Positions 8,405-16,815 of a DNA stretch of 55,517 bases are shown piece by piece. The stretch is from an uncultured Eubacteriales bacterium (GTDB lineage: Bacteria > Acidobacteriota > Aminicenantia > Aminicenantales > Aminicenantaceae): the NCBI GenBank assembly GCA_964347035.1, contig CAYFXE010000006.1, forward strand, positions 30,096 to 85,612, written 5' to 3'. The notes below the pieces were generated by a model. The model saw only the letters and a list, made by a program, of their open reading frames with translations. It searched no databases and was not told the origin of the DNA. The position numbers and the translations under genes were made by a program. Numbering within the stretch: the first letter of the stretch is position 1; each line of letters opens with the position of its first letter.

Positions 8405-9085
8405 TTAAGATCTTGGCCATAATGCGAGAAGCTCGGCCAACACCATAGCTGTTGCCCCCCAAATTTTATGCCCTTTAAACAGGTAAAAAGGAACTTCCAG
8501 TTGAGCTCCTTGATAGGTCCATATCTCTTTATGGATATTCTGCGGATCGAGCAGGTGATCGAAGGGCACTTCGATCACCTCTGCTACTTCTTCTTCGGAT
8601 GGAAGAAATTCTGGGCGCTCATCGATCGTCGCCACTACCGGATAAATACAATAATTACTCGGGGGAATGTAGAGAGGAGTCAACTCTCCTAAAATTCTGA
8701 TCGAACCGGGGCGAATCCCCAATTCTTCGCAGGCTTCTCTGAGAGCTGTTTGTTCGAAGCTTTCTCCCTTTTCCTGCTGACCTCCGGGGAAAGAAATCTG
8801 GGATTGATGATGATCGACGCGTGCAGTCCTACGGGTCAAAACCAAGTAAAGACGACCTTCCCAATGATAAAGCAAAACAAGCACTCCGGCTCGAAGGCAG
8901 GAATCTTGAACAACATCGTAGATTTTATGTCCTGGCCTGGGATTAGTGATCATACGGAGCTGGGCTTTTAAACCAGGCTTTGGTCCTTTTAGGGTTTGGC
9001 TGAGGAGCAGAAGTGTTTTCTGGATTTCCATATTACTCAGAGGCTTTCTCGAAGTCCTCTTTAGTGACTCTGTGATCTCTTCCAA
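8405..9085 (-). CDS. NUDIX hydrolase, CoA pyrophosphatase-like
   Basis: The Nudix box is 'GGQQEKGESFEQTALREACEELGI'. It is preceded by 'LVLTRRTARVDHHQSQISFPGG', which resembles the CoA-pyrophosphatase signature. The start codon is uncertain. Confidence 0.8.
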   Translation of the reverse strand: MEEITESLKRTSRKPLSNMEIQKTLLLLSQTLKGPKPGLKAQLRMITNPRPGHKIYDVVQDSCLRAGVLVLLYHWEGRLYLVLTRRTARVDHHQSQISFPGGQQEKGESFEQTALREACEELGIRPGSIRILGELTPLYIPPSNYCIYPVVATIDERPEFLPSEEEVAEVIEVPFDHLLDPQNIHKEIWTYQGAQLEVPFYLFKGHKIWGATAMVLAELLALWPRS

Positions 9086-9124
9086 CAGGCAAGTATAAAC
9101 GTATTTTGAGAAAGGATCACATAT

Positions 9125-10171
9125 TCATTCTTTTAAATCTTTGACTTTCTTTTCTAGTTCTTGAATGGTCTTATCTACTTTATCTATTTTGGAGTAAAGA
9201 TCGGCCAGCTCTTCGTTTTCAACTCTGTGCTCGTTCAATTTTTCGCCCAAATTCCCGAACAGAATACGTTGTTGATCTTCGAGTTCCTGATTATTCTTGT
9301 CAAATTCATTCTTCGTTCTTTGTCGATCTTTTATTTCCTTCTCATATTCTTGGGCCCGCTCTCTTCCTTCTTCCTTTAACTCCTTTATTTTCTGTTCAAA
9401 ATCCCTGATGACGGACTCAACTTTTTCTTTTTTCTCTTCTAACTTGACTTTCTGCTCTTTTAGGGAAGGAAGTTTGGGCTCTAGCTCTTCTGTTCTTTTT
9501 ATCGCCTCTTCAATTTTTGCCTCTAACTCATTTTTCTTGGATTTTTTTTCTTCATTTGAAAGTTTCGTGTTTTCCTCTGTTTTTCGAATCTCTTTTTCCG
9601 CATCTTCTTTATCCCTCCCTGAATTTCGAATTTCTCTTTCTGTTTGGCTCAAATTTTTATCGAGTTCTTTCAGGTTTTCTCTTGTCTGGCCCATTTCTTT
9701 TTCATGAGGTTTCTTTGCTTCCTCCTGCTCACTTATTTTGGCTTTTTGACTCTGTTCAAACTCGGATTGATTCTTTTTTAACTTCTCTATTTCTGCAGCA
9801 ATTTTCTCTACTTCCAGCAGATTGCTCTTTCTTTTCTCCTCTAAAGCGCTGATTTCTGTGGTTAGTGTTTCGGTTCTGGTGGACTTTATCCCAGCATCCC
9901 ATGATTTTTTTCCCAATTCTCTCAAAATGCCTGCTTTCGTTTTGTTTTCATGTCTTATTTTGCTCTGGAGATGTATGAGATCCACTCTTTTCTTGGCACC
10001 AGAGAAAAGCGCTTTAAGACCTCTCCTCAACGTCTTGTCTCTGATGAAAAGGAAGACAACTAAACACAGGATAATCAGGATTAAGAGCCAGAAAGACCAC
10101 TTAGGAATACTCATTTCACCGCTTAGAAAATCTTGTCGAAAATTAAAGAAAAAGGTGGTTAACATAAACAT
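9125..10171 (-). CDS. Membrane-anchored coiled-coil protein (Lys/Glu-rich)
   Basis: The track ORF runs to 10183. A GGAGGG inside its first codons favours the ATG at 10171 (MFMLTT). There is one TM helix (WSFWLLILIILCLVVFLFI), followed by about 280 aa of heptad-like K/E-rich sequence. Confidence 0.7.
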   Translation of the reverse strand: MFMLTTFFFNFRQDFLSGEMSIPKWSFWLLILIILCLVVFLFIRDKTLRRGLKALFSGAKKRVDLIHLQSKIRHENKTKAGILRELGKKSWDAGIKSTRTETLTTEISALEEKRKSNLLEVEKIAAEIEKLKKNQSEFEQSQKAKISEQEEAKKPHEKEMGQTRENLKELDKNLSQTEREIRNSGRDKEDAEKEIRKTEENTKLSNEEKKSKKNELEAKIEEAIKRTEELEPKLPSLKEQKVKLEEKKEKVESVIRDFEQKIKELKEEGRERAQEYEKEIKDRQRTKNEFDKNNQELEDQQRILFGNLGEKLNEHRVENEELADLYSKIDKVDKTIQELEKKVKDLKE

Positions 10172-10306
10172 ATCACCCTCCATTACCTTTTAAGTTTTGC
10201 TTAAATTATTTCTATTCTTTTAGAAACCTTTTGTCAATTCTTTTAAAAAATGGAATGAGTTTTTTCTCGAGGACTGGCAACTCTTTATGATAATTGTTTT
10301 CTTGTT

Positions 10307-11290
10307 CTAGGCTATCCGAAATCTTCTTCTTCGTTGGTATCCTGCTATTTTCCCTGCTTTCTCGCTCTCCGTAATCCTGAAGAATGCCAGGTGAACAACT
10401 TTTTTGCCGACTTTAAGGGCAGATCCGACAACCTCTTTTCCTTCGAATCGATAATCCCGTCCTTGACCGACAGAATCATATTTTTTTTCATCGCTCTTCA
10501 TGACTTCATCTATGAATTTTTTGGCTTCTTCTCTTCCAGGCTTTTCTGTCTTCTGATTTCTTCGAATAAGGGCTTCAAGGGCATAGCTTTTCACGAGTTT
10601 CGAATGAAGCTGCGTATAAGCTGGTTCGAGTGAAATAAAATCAAACCCGACGACCTTCTCATCGATAAAGACAAACAGCCCTTTTTGGTGGGAAATGGAT
10701 GGGAAGGCTTTGAGATACTCGTCCAAATCACTCATCTTTGCTTGGAAGACATCTCTCATGGCTTGTGTTTGAGAACGTGTCTCGGATTCCTCGGCCATTT
10801 CATCTATTCCAGTCCATACCGTCCCCTGATCAGATCGAAACTGCTGTGAATCCTCTAGGGTATGAGAAACTGAGCGGGATTTCATAACCCGGAGTTTCGG
10901 AATCATGACGGTCCCGGAATCTGAGAGCTCTCTCGATGTGTACTCCCATCTCCCCTGCTCGGTGCAGGTCACTGGGATGACAGTCTCAGATTTCTCCTTC
11001 AACAAAATCGTCGTGTTAAGCACGCGATTCTGCTTGGCCCCGACCACCTCTTCGCCGTCGAGGAGAAGGATAGAGCTATCGGCTTTGTTGATAGCTTTCA
11101 GATCGGGAACCGAGCCCTCCTTGCTGACCTCAGTAATGACCAACAACTGCTGATCCAAGGCCTCTCTGAGTGTGAGGTACTCGGGAGAGTCATCAAGAGA
11201 GGTAAAAAGAGGAAAGACTCCCATGTTCTTGAAATGATGAAGTTCACCAAACTCAAAACTACGCAGATATTTCTTTATCTCTTTATCCAT
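10307..11290 (-). CDS. Conserved hypothetical protein (327 aa)
   Basis: This is a long ORF with normal composition. The N-terminal part 'GVFPLF...YLTLREAL...LVITEV...GSVPDL...LLLDGEEVVGAKQNRVLNTTILL...IPVTCTEQGRW' resembles, from memory, a DUF-type family (DUF6569/ARPP-1-like). I see no catalytic motif. Confidence 0.7.
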   Translation of the reverse strand: MDKEIKKYLRSFEFGELHHFKNMGVFPLFTSLDDSPEYLTLREALDQQLLVITEVSKEGSVPDLKAINKADSSILLLDGEEVVGAKQNRVLNTTILLKEKSETVIPVTCTEQGRWEYTSRELSDSGTVMIPKLRVMKSRSVSHTLEDSQQFRSDQGTVWTGIDEMAEESETRSQTQAMRDVFQAKMSDLDEYLKAFPSISHQKGLFVFIDEKVVGFDFISLEPAYTQLHSKLVKSYALEALIRRNQKTEKPGREEAKKFIDEVMKSDEKKYDSVGQGRDYRFEGKEVVGSALKVGKKVVHLAFFRITESEKAGKIAGYQRRRRFRIA

Positions 11291-11393
11291 TCAGTCTATT
11301 ACTCAGTTTTCCGTAACTCAGCAAAATAAGAATATTTTCTCCTTTCTTTCTGAGTTACAGAGTTACTGATCACTGTGTTACTGTCTTATCTGG
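11291..11393. repeat. REP-like intergenic hairpin element, copy 2
   Basis: The stem gtaactcag (11313-11321) pairs with ctgagttac (11350-11358). The right arm is ctgagtta cagagtta ctgatca ctgtgtta ctgtctta. It shares the core t(a/t)actgatcactg and the spacer attttct(c/t)ctttc with copy 1. It starts right after the stop of the minus-strand gene 11408..11692. Confidence 0.65.
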
Positions 11394-11407
11394 TGTGCGG
11401 AGAACTA

Positions 11408-11692
11408 TTATTCGTCGTCTTCGAGGATCTTTTTTAATACATTCTGCGGGCTGTTGGGAGCATCCTCAGGAAGATATAAAACCACTCCTCCCTTGACTGG
11501 ACGTATCCTGATTTTATCCTCGCTGGCAAGTCTTTGGGTCGTTTCAATGGGATTCTTACCAAAATACTCCTGAAAAGCAGCATTAAAACCGCTGTAAACA
11601 CTATGAATCCCTTTGTAATTGCCTCGAAGTTTTTTGATGGCCTTTCTCACAAATTCTTCTTCTGTCATTTTAGGCTTTTCTTCAGCAGACAT
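11408..11692 (-). CDS. Small hypothetical protein (94 aa)
   Basis: RBS is ataggagg, 7 nt before the ATG, and a sigma-70-like promoter lies upstream. No motif recognised. Confidence 0.65.
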   Translation of the reverse strand: MSAEEKPKMTEEEFVRKAIKKLRGNYKGIHSVYSGFNAAFQEYFGKNPIETTQRLASEDKIRIRPVKGGVVLYLPEDAPNSPQNVLKKILEDDE

Positions 11693-11748
11693 GATGACCT
11701 CCTATCCTCAGTATCCGCCTTTATTGAAGCCGATATCCCTTCCTTAGA

Positions 11749-11777
11749 ATAATACCTCTTGAGGAGGAATAGGTCAA
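11749..11777 (-). promoter_or_regulatory. Sigma-70-like promoter for the 94-aa gene
   Basis: On the minus strand it reads TTGACC (11777-11772), a 17 nt spacer, then TATTAT (11754-11749). It lies about 55 nt upstream of the ATG at 11692. Confidence 0.45.
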
Positions 11778-11841
11778 TAGAATGTATATTTATTGACGCT
11801 CGTCTTAAGCTTTAAATCTCACCTATTCCAAGCTTTGACGT

Positions 11842-11930
11842 GAGGTGGGGTCAGGCTTTTTCCCAAGGTTTTGTACTCGGGTAAAGGTAGAGATAAAGCG
11901 CACCCGGACGACAAGGCCTGACCCCACCTC
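11842..11930. repeat. 89-nt hairpin element, copy A (partner at 45446-45530, opposite orientation)
   Basis: The outer stem is gaggtggggtcaggc ... gcctgaccccacctc (15 bp). The interior is about 85% identical to the reverse complement of copy B. Confidence 0.8.
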
Positions 11931-12053
11931 TGGAATTTTGACATTTTATGAGCAAACATGCTATCTTACTGAGTTTTTAAAATGACCTATTAACCTAGAT
12001 AATTTATTGACTCTAAGGTAAAATATATTCCACAAAACAAAGAGGGTATTCTG

Positions 12054-14216
12054 ATGAGATTCTTCAAAATCATAAATATGTTACTTATCATTTTTTTAGC
12101 AACAAACCTAGCTTTTTCCAAACAGTCTAAGACGAAAGAAAAGGCAGATCAAAAAGAGAAGGAAAAGAAAAAAACCGAGGATAAAGAGGAAAAAACCAAA
12201 CTCTTTCAGCTCGACATGATTGAGATCGAAGTCATCGAATACATCCGTGATATCGAAATCCCGAACATGACTGTAGTCAAACCCGAACTTTTCCCGTTAA
12301 GTATCGGAACAACCTTGGACACTGCCCTGGAGCGCCAACCAGGCATTGATGTCCAGAGGATTCAGGAGATCGGCACAGCCGTTGATGACGATTCGATCAA
12401 AATTCGTGGATTGGGATCGCGACGTATCCGGGTGACAAAGAACGGACGTTTACTCAACACTTCTGGTGTTGCCGGGGGTTATTTCATTGACTGGACGATG
12501 ATCCCTCTGACAAACGTCGATCGAGTCGAGGTGGTCAAAGGTGTCGGCGATCCCCGATACGGCAATGTTCTGGGCGGTATCATTAACCTCGTGCCCAAAA
12601 GGATTCCCCGGGAGGCCCCGACAACCGAGGTTCAGATCTCTGGAGCCAGTTACGCGACTGCCAGTCTGAACCTTCACCATGCCTACAAGCCTGGGTCTTT
12701 CGAATATGCTTTGGCTGCAGGCTACGCCCGCAGTGATGGCTACCTGAAAAACGGTGATTTAGACTTCGCCAACGTGGATTTCCATCTCGCCTACGATTTT
12801 CCGTTTGCTGGTCGATTGACCACCGATGTCAACTTTTCTCGGTTAAAAAAGGGATTTATTGTGTCCAACAGAGTTTCTAAAGATCCCGGTGATCCTGATT
12901 ATTCCACAGCCTTCGATTCTGAATACCCTGCTTCAGACGGCGAATACATGTATGGAGGTATGGGCGCTTATCCTGAGCCAGGCAGCTGGTGGGAAAAGAC
13001 AAAATGGACGTTCGATTTTGGTTACGAACAAGCCTTGAAGGATTATGGCCTGTTGAATATCCGCTACTGGCTCAACCACGGAAACCGCGAGTCGTTCAAC
13101 ACGCGCGCCCGGTTGGACAGAATCTTTCACAAGGAGTTTTATGATGATCGCTCCCAAGGATTTTCGGCGACTTACCAACACTTTCTTCCCAACCAGAATA
13201 TTTCTGTTGGGTTTGACTACACTCACTTAAAAGACGATGGGGATACGAATTTCTCAGACGATTTCCGCAGCTCTTTCCGGAATGAATACTATGTTGCGGC
13301 CAAAACTTTCGACTTCTACATCATGAATGAGATTCGGCTCCTGGATCGTAGGATCACCATCGTTCCTGGTATACGGTATATGTCCTATAACGGAATCTCA
13401 GGGCCTTCGGGTGAGTTCGAGCTGATTCCTGATATCGAGATGGATGGATGGGCCCCTTCTGCTAAACTTGTCTACAACTACAATGAGGACAGTGTATTGT
13501 ACTTCAGCCTCGCTCGAGCGCTCAGGATGCCCACCCCACCCGAACACTACTGGCACTATGACCCCGACGATGCAGGAGTGGACACCAGCCAACTCTCCTT
13601 CGACAAAGAAGATGGTCTGATGATTCAGGGAGGATGGCGGACGATTCTTCCCACTAAAACCAAGGTCGAAATTTCTCCCTATTACTATCATATCAACAAT
13701 TACATCCAGTTTGACTTGATCAACTTCGTCTCCTATAACATCGAACAGGCCAAAATCTACGGGATCGAGTTTGAGGTCGCTCACCAGTTTGGCGGAGGTT
13801 GGTCTTCTTTCTTGAATTACACCTACCAGAAAAGCGAAACAGCAGATGATCCGTTCGTCAGCCTGTTCGTCAATCCGCTAGACCGTGACTTCGATCAGAT
13901 CCCTGGACTGCCTAAGCATAAGTTCAACCTCGGCGTCCAGTATAAAGCCTGGAACAATGCCAGCATAGCCTTTTTTGTTCAGGCTGTCTCCAGCCAGGAA
14001 ATCATTTACAACAACAACACCTTGTGGAACACGGATCTCCGGGTTCGAACTCAAGATGCTTACGCCAGGCTGGATATCGAAGGGCGGTATCCTATAGCCG
14101 GATTGTTCGAAGTCGTCCTGTTCATCCGGAATCTTCTGAACGAAGATTATCAGGAACGATACGGCTTTCCGGCTGCCGGGAGAAACATCGGTCTTTCCCT
14201 GAGGAAGAAATTCTAG
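12054..14216 (+). CDS. TonB-dependent outer-membrane receptor
   Basis: It has a signal peptide and plug motifs 'IKIRGLGSRRIRVTKNGRLLN' and 'VDRVEVVKG'. A long beta-barrel follows, ending in the C-terminal aromatic 'LSLRKKF'. Confidence 0.9.
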   Translation: MRFFKIINMLLIIFLATNLAFSKQSKTKEKADQKEKEKKKTEDKEEKTKLFQLDMIEIEVIEYIRDIEIPNMTVVKPELFPLSIGTTLDTALERQPGIDVQRIQEIGTAVDDDSIKIRGLGSRRIRVTKNGRLLNTSGVAGGYFIDWTMIPLTNVDRVEVVKGVGDPRYGNVLGGIINLVPKRIPREAPTTEVQISGASYATASLNLHHAYKPGSFEYALAAGYARSDGYLKNGDLDFANVDFHLAYDFPFAGRLTTDVNFSRLKKGFIVSNRVSKDPGDPDYSTAFDSEYPASDGEYMYGGMGAYPEPGSWWEKTKWTFDFGYEQALKDYGLLNIRYWLNHGNRESFNTRARLDRIFHKEFYDDRSQGFSATYQHFLPNQNISVGFDYTHLKDDGDTNFSDDFRSSFRNEYYVAAKTFDFYIMNEIRLLDRRITIVPGIRYMSYNGISGPSGEFELIPDIEMDGWAPSAKLVYNYNEDSVLYFSLARALRMPTPPEHYWHYDPDDAGVDTSQLSFDKEDGLMIQGGWRTILPTKTKVEISPYYYHINNYIQFDLINFVSYNIEQAKIYGIEFEVAHQFGGGWSSFLNYTYQKSETADDPFVSLFVNPLDRDFDQIPGLPKHKFNLGVQYKAWNNASIAFFVQAVSSQEIIYNNNTLWNTDLRVRTQDAYARLDIEGRYPIAGLFEVVLFIRNLLNEDYQERYGFPAAGRNIGLSLRKKF

Positions 14217-15266
14217 GTGCCAAAAAAACCTCTGTTATTCATCCTCTTCTCCGCTGCTCTTTTTGGCCTCAGCCCTCCCCTGGCAAAACTCCTCGTCGAG
14301 GATATCTCCCCTGTGGCCCTGGCCGGGCTTCTGTATCTGGGCTCATTCGCCGGCCTGACGATCTATAGAGTGGGCCGGAAAGCCTCGAGATCAGCTCCTG
14401 AAAAAAATGCTCCACTCGAAAAGAAGGACCTCCCCTGGCTTTTCGGCGCTATTCTTTCCGGAGGAATCCTGGGGCCTATAAGCCTTATGTTTGGATTACA
14501 GTTCATTTCTGGCTTCTCCGCCTCCCTGCTACTGAACCTGGAGGGGCTGACGACAGCACTGATTGCTATGCTCATCTTCAAGGAATACACAGGAACGCGA
14601 TTCTGGCTGGCTCTAACCTGCATGACGCTGGCTGGTATCATCTTGAGCTGGGATCCAGAATTGGGCCGCTTCACACTGAAGGGACCTCTTTTGGTCACAG
14701 CAGCAATGATGTTTTGGGGGTTGGATAACAACTTGACCTGTAAGATTTCAGACAAAAACCCTATTCAAATCACTCAGATCAAGGGGTTTTTTGCCGGGAC
14801 CACCAGCCTTCTTCTGGCCATTCTATTAAGGATGAAGATTCCCATCGAGTCGGTCCTTATCCTGGCCCTTTTACTTGGGTCGTTCAGCTACGGCCTGAGC
14901 CTTGTGCTTTTCATCAAAGCCCTTAAAGGCTTGGGATCCTCAAGGACCGGAGCCTTCTTCAGCCTGGCTCCGTTTGTAGGAGCAGTATTCTCTCTCGTCG
15001 TCCTTAAAGAGTGGTTGGGTTGGGTGATGTTTCCGGCGGCAGGACTCATGATTATCGGCGTCTATCTGATATGGGTGGAGCGACATTCTCATCGTCATTT
15101 TCATTCGCGCCAGAGACATGCTCATACCCACTCCCATGATGACGGCCACCATCTTCATCCCCATTCAGAAAAAGTCGAAGAGCCTCACACCCATGAACAC
15201 ACCCATCATGAGATAGAACATATCCACGGCCACTGGCCGGATACCCATCACAGACACAAGCATTGA
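14217..15266 (+). CDS. DMT/EamA-family permease with a His-rich C-terminal tail
   Basis: The GTG start sits immediately after the receptor's TAG stop. The protein has about 10 hydrophobic helices in two EamA-like halves. About 25 of the last roughly 60 residues are His (HSHRHFHSRQRHAHTHSHDDGHHLHPH...HTHEHTHHEIEHIHGHWPDTHHRHKH). Confidence 0.8.
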   Translation: MPKKPLLFILFSAALFGLSPPLAKLLVEDISPVALAGLLYLGSFAGLTIYRVGRKASRSAPEKNAPLEKKDLPWLFGAILSGGILGPISLMFGLQFISGFSASLLLNLEGLTTALIAMLIFKEYTGTRFWLALTCMTLAGIILSWDPELGRFTLKGPLLVTAAMMFWGLDNNLTCKISDKNPIQITQIKGFFAGTTSLLLAILLRMKIPIESVLILALLLGSFSYGLSLVLFIKALKGLGSSRTGAFFSLAPFVGAVFSLVVLKEWLGWVMFPAAGLMIIGVYLIWVERHSHRHFHSRQRHAHTHSHDDGHHLHPHSEKVEEPHTHEHTHHEIEHIHGHWPDTHHRHKH

Positions 15267-15465
15267 TACTGCTTGAATATTAAAGGAAGCATCTCCAAAA
15301 CCATGCAATCCATACATCTTCATTTGCTTTCATATCACGGAATCGGAGATGCTTATAATATCGAACATTGTGATAGGCACTCATGAGAGGTAAAATAACA
15401 AGCTGAATGCTATCCGGGAGTTTATCGATAAATGGATAGTTCTTGGGTCTATGAATCCCTGAACG

Positions 15466-15837
15466 ATGATTGAGGAGGATTATCTGGCAGATGAGATCAT
15501 TGCCTTTTGTGGGCTCAACTGTACGGAGTGTCCGGCTTATATCGGCACTCAGGAAGAAGATGAGATCCTTTTGAAGAAGACAGCAAAGCGTTGGTCAACT
15601 GCCAAACACAAGATTGAATCCTCTGATATCCTTTGTGATGGATGTGCCTCACCAGGAAAGAGGTTGGCCAGTATCTGCGCTGAATGTCAAGTGAGGATCT
15701 GTGGTGTGGGAAAGGCCATCGAAAACTGTGGTTTTTGCGATGATTATCCTTGCCAGACACTCGAAACGGTCTGGAAGTGGCTCAGGACACCAAAGGCTAA
15801 GGCCAGACTCGATGAAATCAAACAGAATCGTGAGTGA
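15466..15837 (+). CDS. DUF3795-type Cys-rich protein
   Basis: It carries the patterns 'CGLNCTECPAY', 'CDGC', 'CAECQVRIC' and 'CGFCDDYPC', characteristic of that family (from memory). Confidence 0.7.
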   Translation: MIEEDYLADEIIAFCGLNCTECPAYIGTQEEDEILLKKTAKRWSTAKHKIESSDILCDGCASPGKRLASICAECQVRICGVGKAIENCGFCDDYPCQTLETVWKWLRTPKAKARLDEIKQNRE

Positions 15838-16790
15838 TATTGGAGGATATTTGTATCTTTTCTATCAAGAGTTTATGTTTTAAGGAGGATCAGGTTTTAA
15901 ACAGTGGAGAAATAAACAGAAAAAATATTGTGATCATAAGAACTTTGGTCATCTTAACTTTGTCCATTTTCAACTTTTTCCAGCTCAGCCTGCCAAAAGA
16001 ATTCAGCATCCGGAAGAATGAGTCCAATGACAAGGCATCCGCTAATCAAAAGTTATCTGAAACAACCATACGGAACAACACTCAAAAAGTCATTCAATAT
16101 GTCATCCAACAAGATCGTCCTGGCGAAAAGCCTGTAAAAAAAGTCATCAAAGCCGGGAATACAGACCACTACCCTGGAGATGTGGCTTTGAATCTCACCT
16201 TCTACCGTGATGGTAAGCCACTTCTTTACCGTCTTAATCCTGGAGGAACGTACTCATTTCGATTAGATGACTATAACGGACTAGATGTCTATGCGGACAC
16301 AAACAAGAAAGCCGATATGGAGGATGCAGTTCCTTTTGTGGCCACACCGATGGATGTTGTCCGAAAAATGCTCGAATTGGCCTGTGTGGATAAACACGAC
16401 ATCGTGTATGATCTTGGCTGTGGGGATGGTCGGATCGTGATCTTAGCAGCCGGAGAGTTAGGGGCACAGGGAGTCGGGATTGATATTGACAACCGTCGAA
16501 TAAAGGAATCAAGAGCTAACGCTAAAGCCTCCGGCGTTGAAGACAAAGTGGAATTCCGCCTCCAAGATGTCTTGAAAGCTGATTTTTCTGAAGCCACTGT
16601 CGTCGCTCTATACATGCTGACGGAAATCAATGAACTGCTCCGCCCGCAGCTGGAAAAACAGCTCAGAGGCGGCACTTATGTAGTCACACACAGCTACCCT
16701 GTTCCCGGATGGGCGAGCAAGATGATCGATTTTGTGGTGATGATGGCCGAAGACGGCGAAGAACATCTCATCTATCTCTACCAAAAATAA
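15834..16790 (+). CDS. Class I SAM-dependent methyltransferase with N-terminal membrane/unknown region
   Basis: Motif I is 'VYDLGCGDGRIVILAA', post-I is 'GIDID', and 'VVALYML' follows. A hydrophobic segment reads LVILTLSIFNFFQLSL. The true start is uncertain; the track start is a GTG overlapping the upstream stop. Confidence 0.7.
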   Translation: MILEDICIFSIKSLCFKEDQVLNSGEINRKNIVIIRTLVILTLSIFNFFQLSLPKEFSIRKNESNDKASANQKLSETTIRNNTQKVIQYVIQQDRPGEKPVKKVIKAGNTDHYPGDVALNLTFYRDGKPLLYRLNPGGTYSFRLDDYNGLDVYADTNKKADMEDAVPFVATPMDVVRKMLELACVDKHDIVYDLGCGDGRIVILAAGELGAQGVGIDIDNRRIKESRANAKASGVEDKVEFRLQDVLKADFSEATVVALYMLTEINELLRPQLEKQLRGGTYVVTHSYPVPGWASKMIDFVVMMAEDGEEHLIYLYQK

Positions 16791-16815
16791 ATGAAATAGG
16801 GAGAAATCCTGAGAC

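Noticed and set aside
9161-10193. Several plus-strand ORFs (9161..9379, 9297..9707, 9517..9852, 9822..10193) and similar antisense ORFs elsewhere (for example 65..301, 1518..1934, 2115..2531, 20572..21066, 51781..52653)
   Set aside because: They all lie antisense to, or out of frame within, longer ORFs that have recognisable motifs. The Ser/Phe/Leu-rich translations are typical of the complement of K/E-rich coding sequence.
11842-12053. Cobalamin or another riboswitch in the leader of the TonB-dependent receptor (hairpin copy A)
   Set aside because: There is no B12-box-like sequence and no other riboswitch core that I can recognise. The second copy of the element (45446-45530) has the opposite orientation relative to its downstream gene, which argues against a strand-specific 5'-UTR riboswitch.
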